From: an uncultured Clostridia bacterium
GTDB lineage: Bacteria; Bacillota; Clostridia; Oscillospirales; Ruminococcaceae
Reading direction: 5' to 3'
NCBI GenBank assembly: GCA_947649285.1
Contig: CANSRB010000001.1
Coordinates: 1-60,766 of the forward strand
DNA length: 60,766 nt
The notes under the pieces are model-generated. The model ran no database searches, had not been told where the DNA came from, and worked only from the letters and a program-made list of their open reading frames with translations. Shown here in pieces: positions 39,446 to 49,685 of this stretch (position 1 is the first letter of the stretch; every line of letters begins with the position of its first letter). The translations under genes were made by a program, and so were the position numbers.

Positions 39446-39982
39446 GTGTGGGTGATGGACGATCTGATGACAAAACTGCAAAACATACTCTCCAGCCCGG
39501 AAGGACAGGAACAGCTGAAGAATATCAGCGCCATGCTGAATCAAGGGAATGCGGGCTCCCCTTCACCGGCGGAGTCTTCTTCTCCGCCGGCTTCCCCCTC
39601 GGGCAGTGGGCTGGATTTGTCCGGTCTGGCGGCAATGCTTGGGGGAAATGCAGGGAGTTCAGCGCCTCCGCCCGAGCAGAATTCCCAGGGCCCGGATCTT
39701 TCCGCTCTGGCAGGGATGCTTTCCGGGCTTTCCGGTAATATGGGGGGCGGCGCACAAACGGCGGAAAGCACAGCCCCGAATATTGATATGGGGATGATCC
39801 TGAAGCTTCAGCAGGTCTTTTCCAAGATGAACGTCAATGATAAAAACAGCCAGCTGCTGCTGGCACTGAAGCCGCATTTCGGGGCACGGCGGCAGGCGAA
39901 GGTGGATCAGGCGATCAGCCTGATGCGGCTGTTCTCCATGCTGCCTGCCCTACGGGAAAGCGGGATTTTCGCGGGTCTGTAA
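39446..39982 (+). CDS. Hypothetical low-complexity protein (possibly sporulation-related)
   Basis: Repeated PDLSALAGML-type segments; LLLALKPH...KVDQAI C-terminus. Confidence 0.7.
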   Translation: MWVMDDLMTKLQNILSSPEGQEQLKNISAMLNQGNAGSPSPAESSSPPASPSGSGLDLSGLAAMLGGNAGSSAPPPEQNSQGPDLSALAGMLSGLSGNMGGGAQTAESTAPNIDMGMILKLQQVFSKMNVNDKNSQLLLALKPHFGARRQAKVDQAISLMRLFSMLPALRESGIFAGL

Positions 39983-40001
39983 GCGGGTCCAGGCAAGGGG
40001 G

Positions 40002-40367
40002 GTGAAGGCAATGGCCGGACAAAGCGAATATACCAGCGCGCAGATTATTGCCATGCAGAAGGATGCGATGCGCCGGGTTCATGAGATGCAGCGGATTTCA
40101 CAGGAAAAAATCCGGCAAAGCCAGCCGAACCGGCCGCCTTCCCCGCCGGCGCCTGCTCCGGAACCCGCGGCGGAAATGCCGGCGGCTCCGGAAGTTTCGT
40201 CCTCCCTGCTAGGCCCGCCGGAAAACAAAGGGAACGAAATGGCCGGTTTTTTTGACCAGATGAACCTGGATCCCGAGGTTTTGCTGCTGTTGGGCGTGGG
40301 GCTGCTGCTCATGAATGAAGGCGCAGATCCCATGCTTTTATTGGCGCTGCTGTACATCCTGCTTTAA
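40002..40367 (+). CDS. Hypothetical protein with Pro-rich linker and hydrophobic C-terminus
   Basis: MQKDAMRRVHEM...LLLALLYILL. Confidence 0.7.
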   Translation: MKAMAGQSEYTSAQIIAMQKDAMRRVHEMQRISQEKIRQSQPNRPPSPPAPAPEPAAEMPAAPEVSSSLLGPPENKGNEMAGFFDQMNLDPEVLLLLGVGLLLMNEGADPMLLLALLYILL

Positions 40368-40477
40368 TACTATTTCTTGATAAAAAGATACAAATCTTTT
40401 TATCGCGGCGAGATACGCCGCCGGACCGCATTCTGCGGCCCAATAAATCGACTGCGCCGTTTTATTGAGAATTAGTA
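40368..40477. repeat. ~110-bp TA-ended MITE-like element
   Basis: IR TACTATTTCTTGATAAAA / TTTTATTGAGAATTAGTA enclosing four hairpins; ends recur at 56382-56428. Confidence 0.7.
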
Positions 40478-40539
40478 TAAGCAGAAAAACAAGGATGGGA
40501 GGCTTCCCGCTTAGCCGGGCAGCCTCCCGCTGCTTTTGT

Positions 40540-41271
40540 CTAGCCGGAACCCCGTCCCAGCTTTTCAAAGGTATAATCAGAAAAACGCTGTTTTACAGCG
40601 ATCCAATTTTTGCGGGCGATCGGGATCCGCTCCCCGTTGCACATCAGGAAGTCCTTTTCGATCATATTATCCACCGCGTCCATATTTACGATACAGTTGC
40701 GGTAGCAATATAAAAATTGCGGATATACCAACAGCATATCCGCAAAGGCTCGGAAGGGCATATAGCTTTTTACCAGACGGCTGCGGGTATGGATCTGGAT
40801 ATAATGATTGGAATAGTCCACGTAAATGATTTCACGAAGCAGCACTTTGACCTGAATGCGGGATTCTTTTACCTCGATAAACGGGTCCTGCAGGACAACC
40901 GATTGCCGGCAAAGGGTAAAGACTTCTCGGAATCGTTCATAGTCATAAGGCTTGAGCAGATAGTGAAATGCGCGGACCCCAAAGCTTTCCACGGCATGGG
41001 CCGAGCTGACACTGGAGAAAATCAGCAGACAGTGGCTGTCAATCTCCCGGATCTTCCGGGCGGTCTCCATTCCGTCCATTTCGGGCATAAAAATGTCCAA
41101 GAAGATGACATCAAACAAACCCTTATGGAATGCGGAAAGGAAAGCGGTTCCAGACTTAAAAGATGTGATCTGCGCGGTATGCAGCGGTTCCTCCGCGTCA
41201 AAATAATGCTGGATATAACCAGCTAAAAGCTGGCGGTCGGCCAGCAGGTCATCAACAATTGCAATCCTCAA
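40540..41271 (-). CDS. LytR/AlgR-family response regulator
   Basis: IAIVDD, FLDIFM, YLLKP receiver; RNCIVN LytTR domain. Confidence 0.93.
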   Translation of the reverse strand: MRIAIVDDLLADRQLLAGYIQHYFDAEEPLHTAQITSFKSGTAFLSAFHKGLFDVIFLDIFMPEMDGMETARKIREIDSHCLLIFSSVSSAHAVESFGVRAFHYLLKPYDYERFREVFTLCRQSVVLQDPFIEVKESRIQVKVLLREIIYVDYSNHYIQIHTRSRLVKSYMPFRAFADMLLVYPQFLYCYRNCIVNMDAVDNMIEKDFLMCNGERIPIARKNWIAVKQRFSDYTFEKLGRGSG

Positions 41272-42067
41272 AAGAAAATCCCCCTGATTAAAACTGATGT
41301 TGTTTCACATATTGGAACAATTTCAAAAGTCCGGCAGACAGCCGCCTGTTTTTTTGAACGAGGGACTTATTTGTCCGGACTGACATAGGGATACTGCCAA
41401 AGTATTCCCGGGATGTTAAAAGGGGAACAGGTTCGCCGACCCTATCTTTCACCAAAGCTAGTGCTGGCTTTGCATGGGGGATATGAAAAAGACAACCGGT
41501 TTCAGCGGGGCAGACACCCTACTGTTGAAAGCCCGATTATAATCCGCACGCTTCCCGCAATAAAATTTTGCTTTGACTTCGAACAGCCATAGGCCGCTAG
41601 GCGTGTTGGGCACGCGGGTGCTTTAAATATAAGGCGAGATGCTTTTGCAGGGCTTTCGGATGAAACCTCCATTCATTCGGCTTGTTTTCCCGAAAAGAGC
41701 AGACCGGGAAAGGCGGGACGATTCCGTTTCGTCCGGCAGGTGCGGAGCATTCCCTCTGTGCCGCAAATGCGGCTTTCTCTTACTTTTAATTGTAAGAATC
41801 AACGGGGAGATTGTCAAGAGATTCAGCTTTGCGGTATTGGGAAAAAGCGACCATTTTCGGGAGGATTCTTTTCCCTGGCAGAAGGGCAAAGCAAGAAAAA
41901 GCGGAACGCTGACTGAATAAAACCTGGCTGGCGTTCAAGCAAATGGTTGAGCAGGATGGGATTTGTCAAGAGGACTTTCCCCCAAAAGATCAACTTTCTG
42001 AAAAGAGAGAGTCTTAAGCTTTCTCTTGGCTGCCAGCAAGGCGCAAGCTCGTTGGAGGGTCTCCTTC

Positions 42068-42137
42068 AAGGAGCGCACACTTGCTGTTAGGCAGTACCGC
42101 GCCCGCCCGCTTAGGGGTGGTGAGCAAGTGCGCTCTT
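42068..42137. mobile_element. oriT-like inverted repeat (MOBQ-type nic-like AAGTGCGC)
   Basis: GAGCGCACACTTGCT...AGCAAGTGCGCTC; resembles the TAAGTGCGCCCT core of MOBQ oriTs; no relaxase in window. Confidence 0.45.
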
Positions 42138-42155
42138 GGCATAATAATAAACTAC

Positions 42156-42184
42156 TTGTGGCTGTTTTCCTTATATGATATAAT
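42156..42184 (+). promoter_or_regulatory. Strong sigma-70 promoter pointing into the cassette site
   Basis: TTGTGG-17-TATAAT with extended TG. Confidence 0.7.
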
Positions 42185-42193
42185 TTGAATGAA

Positions 42194-42209
42194 ACAAATC
42201 GGGATTTTA
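42194..42209 (+). repeat. 16-bp cassette-boundary site
   Basis: ACAAATCGGGATTTTA; near-identical to 59944-59959 and 60744-60759. Confidence 0.65.
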
Positions 42210-42221
42210 AGGGAGCAGCTT

Positions 42222-42746
42222 ATGGGAATAGGGATTTTGATATGCGGTTTAAACGGCTCGGGAAAAAGTACACTGGGAAAGGCTCTTGCACAGAAACTGC
42301 ATTTTTATTTTATAGATATTGAAGACTTGTATTTTCCTAAAACAAACCCTACCTATATTTATGCCGCTCCACGTACTCGTGAAGATGTTGAAATACTTTT
42401 GTTCAATGAGATTAAAAAACATGAAAATTATGTTTTTGCGTCTGTAAAGGGTGATTATGGAGAAGCTATGTATCCTTTTTTTCAATATGCTGTATTGATT
42501 GATGTTCCCAAAAACATTCGGATAGAACGAGTTAAAAATCGTTCCTTTCAGAAATTTGGCAATAGGATGTTATTCGGCGGGGATTTATATGAACAGGAAG
42601 AACGATTTTTTCATTTAGTCAAATCCAGAGCTGAAGATACCGTTGAAAAATGGATACAGTCTTTAAGCTGTCCTATTATAAGAATTGACGGAACAAAACC
42701 CATAGAAGAAAATATAAACTTTCTTATGGAACAAATAGAAAGATAA
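42222..42746 (+). CDS. AAA/adenylate-kinase-like P-loop protein (AT-rich)
   Basis: GLNGSGKST Walker A; IRIDGTKP; visibly lower GC than flanks. Confidence 0.85.
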   Translation: MGIGILICGLNGSGKSTLGKALAQKLHFYFIDIEDLYFPKTNPTYIYAAPRTREDVEILLFNEIKKHENYVFASVKGDYGEAMYPFFQYAVLIDVPKNIRIERVKNRSFQKFGNRMLFGGDLYEQEERFFHLVKSRAEDTVEKWIQSLSCPIIRIDGTKPIEENINFLMEQIER

Positions 42747-42960
42747 GTTCTATTTTATTGGGCAGTCATCCACCAATGAATAGCTGCCCACTTTAGATAT
42801 TTTAACGAATGGTTTGGCGAAGCCGCTTTCAGCAACACCAATCTGAAAAGGGAGCTTATAAACTGCGGTTTGACACCCCTGCCTTCCATGTAGTATAATA
42901 AGGAATGAAACCATATTTTCGAGAAAGGAAATTCCTCCCCACCGAGGAACGGTATTGCCG

Positions 42961-43464
42961 ATGACGCTGCTGATTCACGACCTCTTCCCCTACGAATGGG
43001 CGCTTTACGAAGGGCTTGTCCCTGCTGACACCTGCGTAATTACGCCCAAAGAAAGCGGCATTCAAAAATGTAAGGGCTGTCTTTCCTGCTGGTACCGCAC
43101 ACCCGGCCGCTGTATCCAAAGCGACGGCTTCGACGAACTCCCCCGGCTGTTCGGTGAAGCCTCCGCCCTGGTTTTTATTACGGAAATTATTTATGGCGGC
43201 TTCAGCCCCGAAGTCAAAACCGTGCTGGACCGCAGCCTGGGCTACCTGCTCCCCACTCTTGCCATGCGGAAAGAAAAGCTTTACCGGAACGCCCGCTTCA
43301 ATTTTGTCCCGCCGCTGAAAATCCTGGCTTACGGCGGAACCCAGATCGAGCAGGAGCATTTCAAAGGGATGGCCGCGGCGCTGGGAAAAACGCTCGATCT
43401 GGATAACGTCCAGATCTCTTTTGCCTTTTCCCGGGAAGAAATGAACATTGGGGAGGTCTTTTAA
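42961..43464 (+). CDS. Flavodoxin-fold Fe-S flavoprotein
   Basis: CKGCLSCW.RTPGRC, YGGFS. Confidence 0.75.
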   Translation: MTLLIHDLFPYEWALYEGLVPADTCVITPKESGIQKCKGCLSCWYRTPGRCIQSDGFDELPRLFGEASALVFITEIIYGGFSPEVKTVLDRSLGYLLPTLAMRKEKLYRNARFNFVPPLKILAYGGTQIEQEHFKGMAAALGKTLDLDNVQISFAFSREEMNIGEVF

Positions 43465-44087
43465 TGAATATTGCGCTGCTGAATGCCAGTCCGAAGCGGA
43501 TTGACAGCACCTCGGGCGTTTTACTGGAGGAAATGGAACCCATGCTCAAAGGGCGGAACCGGACCAAGCTGGTTTCCATCCTGGATTTTTCCCCCTTTAC
43601 CATGGCCGGCTATGACGCCCTGGTCGTTTCCTCCCCGGTCTATTTTGACGGGCTCCCCTCCGAGCTGATCCGCTGCCTGACCCAGCTGGAGGCCTATTTT
43701 CACGCTAACCCCAATCCAACCTACCTGGTTTACGGCATTGCCAACGGGGACGCGCCGGAATCCGAACGCACCCGCTATGCACTCTGGAGCCTTCAGCATT
43801 TCTGCAATGCCGCCGGCGTTCAATGGGCGGGCGGCCTGGGGATCGGCGGCGGCGGATTGCTGCGCGCACTGGCGGAAAAAGGCTGGGATCATAAATGGAA
43901 AGCCCCTGTCTACGACGGGCTGAGCGAGTTTGCGGAGGATATAGCCGCAAGGCGCTTGCTGAAAGATCACCGCTATGTCGAGTTGGCGCTTCCCCGCAAA
44001 AAATACCTGAAGAAATTGACGGCGGACGCCAAAATGCTGGCCAAAGAACACGGTTACCGCTTAAAAGATCTGGATGTTGAGGAGTAA
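43464..44087 (+). CDS. NAD(P)H-dependent FMN reductase-like flavodoxin
   Basis: NASPKR, SSPVYFDGLPS, GGLGIGGG; overlaps upstream stop. Confidence 0.75.
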   Translation: MNIALLNASPKRIDSTSGVLLEEMEPMLKGRNRTKLVSILDFSPFTMAGYDALVVSSPVYFDGLPSELIRCLTQLEAYFHANPNPTYLVYGIANGDAPESERTRYALWSLQHFCNAAGVQWAGGLGIGGGGLLRALAEKGWDHKWKAPVYDGLSEFAEDIAARRLLKDHRYVELALPRKKYLKKLTADAKMLAKEHGYRLKDLDVEE

Positions 44088-44125
44088 TCCTCACTGGAAT
44101 TCAACGAAAAAGGAGGAAGCCCGCC

Positions 44126-45529
44126 ATGAGATCGGATGAAACTTTGGACAATACCATGACGCAGGGCGTCATTTGGAAACAGCTCTTGAATTTCTTTTTC
44201 CCCATCCTGCTGGGGACCTTTTTCCAGCAGCTTTATAATACGGTAGACGCCATCATTGTCGGCCAGTTTGTCGGCAAGGAGGCGCTGGCGGCGGTCGGCG
44301 GCGCAACCGGCACCTTGATCAACCTGCTGGTTGGTTTCTTCGTCGGCCTTTCTTCCGGCGCGACGGTCATCATCTCCCAATATTACGGCGCCAGACGGGG
44401 CGAGGACACCAGCAAAGCGGTCCATACCTCCATGGCGCTGGGGGTTGTGGGCGGGGTTGCCCTGACCCTGATCGGTTTGCTGGTATCCCCTTGGGCGCTC
44501 CGCGCCATGGGCACGCCGGACGAAATCCTGGTCCATGCGCTGACCTATATCCGGGTCTACTTTTCCGGCATCATCTTTTCCCTGCTGTATAACATCGGCT
44601 CGGGAATCCTGCGGGCAGTCGGGGACTCCAAACGCCCGCTCTATATCCTGATCGTCTGCTGCCTGGTCAACCTAGCGCTGGATCTGATCTTCGTTGTCTG
44701 GATGAGGATGGGGGTATTGGGAGCCGCCCTCGCCACCTTCCTTTCCCAGCTTATCAGTGCGGCGCTGGTGCTGTTCTGCCTGCTCCGGAGCGATCAGGTT
44801 TACCGCCTTTACTTCAAAGAAATCCGGTTCTATCCGGAAATCCTGCGGGAGATTATCACCATCGGGTTCCCGGCCGGGCTGCAGTCCGTGCTCTATTCGA
44901 TTTCAAACGTGATGATCCAGGCCAGCATCAATTCCTTCGGCACCGACATCATCGCCGCATGGACAGCCTATGGAAAAATTGATTCCATTTTCTGGATGAT
45001 ACTGACCGCTTTTGGTGTGGCGATCACCACTTTCGCCGGGCAGAATTTCGGCGCGCAGCAGTACGACCGGATCCGCAAAGGAGTGCGGGTCTGCTCGGGT
45101 ATGGCCGCGGCCACCTCGGCCGGGCTGAGCCTGCTGCTGATCCTGACCAGCCAATACCTCTACCGGCTGTTTACCGACGATCCCGCCGTCATCGAAAAGG
45201 GGATCGAGATATTGAACACCCTGACTCCCTTCTATGTCACCTTCGTCTGTATTGAAATCCTGTCCGGTGCGGCGCGCGGGGCGGGCGACTCCCTCATTCC
45301 CACCATTATCACCTGCTTTGGCGTATGCGTGCTGCGGGTCGCCTGGATTTTAATTGCCGTCCCGCTTTATCCGGATGTCAAAACAGTCATTTACAGTTAC
45401 CCGATCACCTGGATTTTGACCTCGATCCTGTTTATCATCTACTACATACAAGGCGGATGGCTCCGCCGGCGGATTGCAAAAGCCGGATTCCCGCCTGAGG
45501 AGAGAAAGCGCCGCCACAAAACGGCTTGA
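44126..45529 (+). CDS. MATE efflux transporter
   Basis: QQLYNTVD, LRAVGDSKRP, GQNFGA; 12 TM. Confidence 0.93.
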   Translation: MRSDETLDNTMTQGVIWKQLLNFFFPILLGTFFQQLYNTVDAIIVGQFVGKEALAAVGGATGTLINLLVGFFVGLSSGATVIISQYYGARRGEDTSKAVHTSMALGVVGGVALTLIGLLVSPWALRAMGTPDEILVHALTYIRVYFSGIIFSLLYNIGSGILRAVGDSKRPLYILIVCCLVNLALDLIFVVWMRMGVLGAALATFLSQLISAALVLFCLLRSDQVYRLYFKEIRFYPEILREIITIGFPAGLQSVLYSISNVMIQASINSFGTDIIAAWTAYGKIDSIFWMILTAFGVAITTFAGQNFGAQQYDRIRKGVRVCSGMAAATSAGLSLLLILTSQYLYRLFTDDPAVIEKGIEILNTLTPFYVTFVCIEILSGAARGAGDSLIPTIITCFGVCVLRVAWILIAVPLYPDVKTVIYSYPITWILTSILFIIYYIQGGWLRRRIAKAGFPPEERKRRHKTA

Positions 45530-45570
45530 AAAAGATGCCCTGAACTGTGTTCAGGGCATCTTTTTATTTG

Positions 45571-46320
45571 TTATCCAAGTTCAGGGAGTCGTTTGAATCC
45601 TTCTCCTACCGGCTCTTCCGGATGATACTCCAACCCGATCAGGCCGGGATACCCCATCTTCTGCAAGCGCTGGAAAATCCAGGGGTAATTCAGCTCACCC
45701 CGATCCAATTCATGCCGCCCGGGATTTCCTGCCGCATGAAAATGCCCAACCCATTCCAGATTCCTTTCCAGCCTTCGAAGCAGGTCCCCTTCGCTGATCT
45801 GCTGATGGTATAGATCAAACAGCAGCCGTACCGCCGGGGAATCCACTTCTTGAATCAAACGGAAGCCCCTCTCAGAAGAGGTCAGAAAATAACCCGGATG
45901 ATCGATCCTGTCGTTGAGCGGCTCCAGCAGCAGGGTAATCCCTTCCGATTCCAGCAGCGGCGCCGCCTGCCTCAGCGTATGGACAATCCGTCCTTCCTGC
46001 ACCTCCGCCGGCTCGCCGGTATCGTTCCCGGTCTGAGCGATCAACCGCTTGCAGCGCAGGGATTTTGCGGCTTTCATGCTTTCCTGCAATCCCTGCAAAA
46101 AATCCGTTTCTTTCCCTTGCCCCGTCAATGGAACCAGCCGGGTACAGCAAGCGGCAATCTCCACCCTCATTTCCTGCGCGGCTTCGTTGATCTTCTGTAA
46201 GTCCTTATCCCACCAGGACCAGAATTCCACCGCCGGGAAACCCATCCGGGCGCTTTCCCGGATAGCCTGGGTCGGGTTCACCCCCGCATAAACCGCATCG
46301 ATACAAATTGAATATTTCAC
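45571..46320 (-). CDS. Hydroxypyruvate isomerase-like TIM-barrel protein
   Basis: AVEFW, LLEPLN, LFDLYH.Q, PGRHE, GLEY. Confidence 0.85.
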   Translation of the reverse strand: MKYSICIDAVYAGVNPTQAIRESARMGFPAVEFWSWWDKDLQKINEAAQEMRVEIAACCTRLVPLTGQGKETDFLQGLQESMKAAKSLRCKRLIAQTGNDTGEPAEVQEGRIVHTLRQAAPLLESEGITLLLEPLNDRIDHPGYFLTSSERGFRLIQEVDSPAVRLLFDLYHQQISEGDLLRRLERNLEWVGHFHAAGNPGRHELDRGELNYPWIFQRLQKMGYPGLIGLEYHPEEPVGEGFKRLPELG

Positions 46321-47087
46321 CGCTGTTTCTCCTCTTTGTATAGTCCGGGTGTTTCTTCCTCCAGAGCCAGCTCAGCCAGCAGCTTCCGGTCCTCCGGTGC
46401 AGGCTGGTAGCGCGCCATGAGATCCGGACGTTTTTCCTGCGTCCGCAAAAGCTGCTGCTTCCGCCGCCAACGGTCCACATTGGCATGATGCCCGGAAAGC
46501 AAGACTTCCGGCACCCGACGCTCCCGCCAGACCTCCGGCTTGGTATACTGGGGATACTCCAGCAGGCCGTTATAGTGGCTTTCCTCCTCATAACATTCAC
46601 TGGAGGAAAGCACCCCCTCGCACATCCGCGCAATCCCGTCCACCAAAACCAGCGCCGGCAGCTCCCCGCCCGTGAGGACATAATCCCCGATGGAAATTTC
46701 TTCGTCCACGATTTCTTCCAGAACCCGCTCGTCCACCCCTTCGTAATGCCCGCAAAGCAGCAGCAGGTTCTCCATCCGGGAAAGCTCGACGCAGCGCTGC
46801 TGGGTCAAGGTTTTTCCTTGGGGGGAGAGGTAGATCACATGAGGCTTGTCCGGAAGCTGGGCACAGACAGCCTCATAGCAGCGATAGATCGGCTCGGCCT
46901 GCATAACCATCCCCTTGCCGCCGCCATAGCAGGTATCATCCACCCGGCGATGCTTATCCAGGGTATAGTCCCGGATTTGATGGCAGTAAACCGAAATCCG
47001 TCCGGACCGTCTCGCCCGGCCCAGGATACTGGCCGACAACACCGCTTCGCAAAGTTCCGGAAAAAGGGTCGCGATATCAATCCGCAT
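46317..47087 (-). CDS. trmD: tRNA (m1G37) methyltransferase
   Basis: TLFPE, CGHYEGVDER, SIGDYVLTGGE. Confidence 0.97.
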   Translation of the reverse strand: MRIDIATLFPELCEAVLSASILGRARRSGRISVYCHQIRDYTLDKHRRVDDTCYGGGKGMVMQAEPIYRCYEAVCAQLPDKPHVIYLSPQGKTLTQQRCVELSRMENLLLLCGHYEGVDERVLEEIVDEEISIGDYVLTGGELPALVLVDGIARMCEGVLSSSECYEEESHYNGLLEYPQYTKPEVWRERRVPEVLLSGHHANVDRWRRKQQLLRTQEKRPDLMARYQPAPEDRKLLAELALEEETPGLYKEEKQR

Positions 47088-47589
47088 CGAACAGCCCCTC
47101 CAGCGGACGGATCCGCATAATCCCCTGATCCGGGTCCGTTTCTACAATCACCTGCCGGATAGCCGGGATCAGCACGGTTTTCCCCTCCTGGACGATGTGG
47201 TAAACGTCGTTCGCACCGGTCGGGCTGACCTCTTTCAAAATCCCGTACTCAATCGAGGGGTCATCCGCGTCCACCACCCGCAGCCCAATCAGATCCTGGA
47301 TAAAATAAGAGCCCTCCTCCAGCGGGAAATCCTCCCGGCGGACATACAGGAGCTTACCCCGCAGCCCGTTTGCCGCATCCACATCATCCGTCCCTTCCAG
47401 CTTGAGCACGGCTACATTTTTCTGTACCCGTGCGCGTTCTACCCGAACCGGCCGGGCGCCCTCCTCAAAATAGAGGGTTTTCAGCCCAACCAGCACCTCG
47501 GGGGAATCCGTCCAGGGATCTACCCGCACTTCCCCCTTCAGCCCGGTGACCGAAACAATCCGCCCTGCTTCTAAATATGGTTTTTTCAT
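47077..47589 (-). CDS. rimM: Ribosome maturation factor RimM
   Basis: GLKGEV, DLIGL, GANDVY, LIPAI. Confidence 0.95.
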   Translation of the reverse strand: MKKPYLEAGRIVSVTGLKGEVRVDPWTDSPEVLVGLKTLYFEEGARPVRVERARVQKNVAVLKLEGTDDVDAANGLRGKLLYVRREDFPLEEGSYFIQDLIGLRVVDADDPSIEYGILKEVSPTGANDVYHIVQEGKTVLIPAIRQVIVETDPDQGIMRIRPLEGLFDAD

Positions 47590-47721
47590 CGCTTCCCCCT
47601 TTTTAGCTGGGTCCCGCACCCCTGACAGGGCCGCTGCGGGAATTGATTTTCCTTCGTCTGTAAGATCGACTGCCTGTTTTCCCGAAAAAGATAAAAACGG
47701 GAAGCTGACGCTTCCCGTTTC

Positions 47722-47955
47722 TCAGTCGATCTCAACCGCGACCTTTTGATTTACGCGTGTTGCGCCGGCACGCATCACTACCCGAACCGCCTTGGCAATC
47801 CGGCCCTGCTTGCCGATGACTCTGCCCATATCCTCCGGAGCCACATGGAGATGGTACACCACCACGTTCTCCTCGTTTGGTTCGTCAACTGTGACGGTCA
47901 CGCCATCCTTGTTGACCACCAACCCCCGGGCGATTGTTTCCAGCAATTCTTTCAT
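47722..47955 (-). CDS. khpA: KH-domain RNA-binding protein KhpA
   Basis: DMGRVIGKQGRIAKA. Confidence 0.93.
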   Translation of the reverse strand: MKELLETIARGLVVNKDGVTVTVDEPNEENVVVYHLHVAPEDMGRVIGKQGRIAKAVRVVMRAGATRVNQKVAVEID

Positions 47956-47982
47956 TTCAACCTCCGGCCCAAAAACCCGGCA

Positions 47983-48225
47983 CTAGATGGTGCCGTTTTC
48001 TTTGAGAATCTTCTTGACGGTATCGGTCGGCTGTGCGCCGTTTGCAATCCACTGCTTTGCTTTTTCCCCATCTACATGAACCACGGAAGGATTCTTGGTC
48101 GGGTCATAGTAGCCGATCTCCTCGATGAAGCGGCCGTCTCTCGGATATCTGGAATCTGCAACAACAATGCGGTAAAATGGAGCTTTCTTTGCGCCCAAAC
48201 GGCGCAGTCTGATTTTTACTGCCAT
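47983..48225 (-). CDS. rpsP: 30S ribosomal protein S16
   Basis: [24 protein letters not shown]. Confidence 0.98.
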   Translation of the reverse strand: MAVKIRLRRLGAKKAPFYRIVVADSRYPRDGRFIEEIGYYDPTKNPSVVHVDGEKAKQWIANGAQPTDTVKKILKENGTI

Positions 48226-48316
48226 TTTCAGCACCTCCTTATTCTTTTTGTTTTTCATTCTATATTACACCCTGCTTCGCAGGAGTAACGGCTTTTATAC
48301 GGCCGCGCGGCACCCG

Positions 48317-49660
48317 TTACATTGGGAACCGGGGAAACATTTTACGGCGGCCCTTTTTCCCTTTGGCAGAACCGGTCATCTGCTTCATCATCTTCTGCAT
48401 CATTTCGAACTGCTTGAGCAGACGGTTGACATCCTCCACCTTGGTGCCGCTTCCGGCGGCAATCCGGCGTTTGCGGCTGGGATTGATGATCGAAGGCTTT
48501 TCCCGTTCCTCCTTGGTCATCGAGGTGATAATCGCTTCGGTCAGAGCCAGCTTTTTATCGCTGTCCCCCAAATCCTCTTCCTTCACCTTATTCCCAATCC
48601 CCGGGAGCATGGAGATCACCTGCTGCATGGAACCCATATTTTTAATCTGCCGCATCTGATCCAGCAGGTCGTTCATATTGAAGCTGTTCTGCTGCATTTT
48701 CTGGATCATCTGGGCGGTCTTTTTCTCATCCAGGGAATCCTGCGCCTTTTCGATCAGGGTCAGGACATCGCCCATCCCCAAAATCCGGGAGGCCATCCGC
48801 TCCGGATGGAAGGGTTCCAGCTCATCCAGCTTTTCGCCGATACCGGCAAATTTGATCGGCTTTCCCGTCACAGCCAGCACCGAAAGCGCCGCCCCGCCCC
48901 GGGTATCGCCGTCCAGCTTGGTCAGCAGAACGGAATCAATCTCCAGCGCGTTGTTGAAGGCATCCGAAACATTCACCGCATCCTGCCCGGTCATCGCATC
49001 GACCACCAGCATAATTTCATGCGGCGAAACCTCCGCCTTGATTTCCTGTAATTCCTTCATCAGGGTTTCGTCGATATGCAGGCGCCCGGCGGTATCCAGA
49101 ATCACGATATCATTGCCGTGATCCTTGGCGTGCTTCACAGCCTCCGCCGCAATCCGGACCGGATTCCCCTGGCCCATCTCGAATACAGCCGCACCAGCCT
49201 GTTCCCCGACCACCTTCAGCTGGTCGATCGCTGCCGGACGGTAAACGTCACAGGCAGCCAGCAGCGGCCGATGCCCCTGCTTGAGGAAATATTTCGCCAG
49301 CTTGGCGGCGTGAGTCGTTTTCCCGGCACCCTGAAGCCCGCACATCATGATAATACAAGGCGGCTTGGAAGGCATCTGGATCCGCTGATTCTGCCCGCCC
49401 ATCAAAGCGCAGAGCTCATCGTTGACGATTTTGACGACCTGCTGTGCCGGGGTCAGGCTTTCCAGCACTTCTGCGCCGACGGCACGTTCACTGACGGTTT
49501 TGACAAAATCCCGCACCACTTTATAACTGACGTCCGCTTCCAGCAGCGCCATTTTGACTTCGCGCATTGCGTCTTTGATATCCGCCTCGTTCAACTTCCC
49601 CTTGGAGCGGAGCCGCTTAAACGCGTTGGACAGCTTGTCGGAAAGGGATTCAAAGGCCAA
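48317..49660 (-). CDS. ffh: Signal recognition particle protein
   Basis: GLQGAGKTT, DTAGR, TKLD, Met-rich M domain. Confidence 0.98.
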   Translation of the reverse strand: MAFESLSDKLSNAFKRLRSKGKLNEADIKDAMREVKMALLEADVSYKVVRDFVKTVSERAVGAEVLESLTPAQQVVKIVNDELCALMGGQNQRIQMPSKPPCIIMMCGLQGAGKTTHAAKLAKYFLKQGHRPLLAACDVYRPAAIDQLKVVGEQAGAAVFEMGQGNPVRIAAEAVKHAKDHGNDIVILDTAGRLHIDETLMKELQEIKAEVSPHEIMLVVDAMTGQDAVNVSDAFNNALEIDSVLLTKLDGDTRGGAALSVLAVTGKPIKFAGIGEKLDELEPFHPERMASRILGMGDVLTLIEKAQDSLDEKKTAQMIQKMQQNSFNMNDLLDQMRQIKNMGSMQQVISMLPGIGNKVKEEDLGDSDKKLALTEAIITSMTKEEREKPSIINPSRKRRIAAGSGTKVEDVNRLLKQFEMMQKMMKQMTGSAKGKKGRRKMFPRFPM

Positions 49661-49685
49661 GAGCGTTCCTTCCTTTCGCCTGTAA

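Noticed and set aside
41280-41700. 6S RNA, tmRNA, RNase P or group II intron
   Set aside because: No diagnostic motifs recognised for any of them
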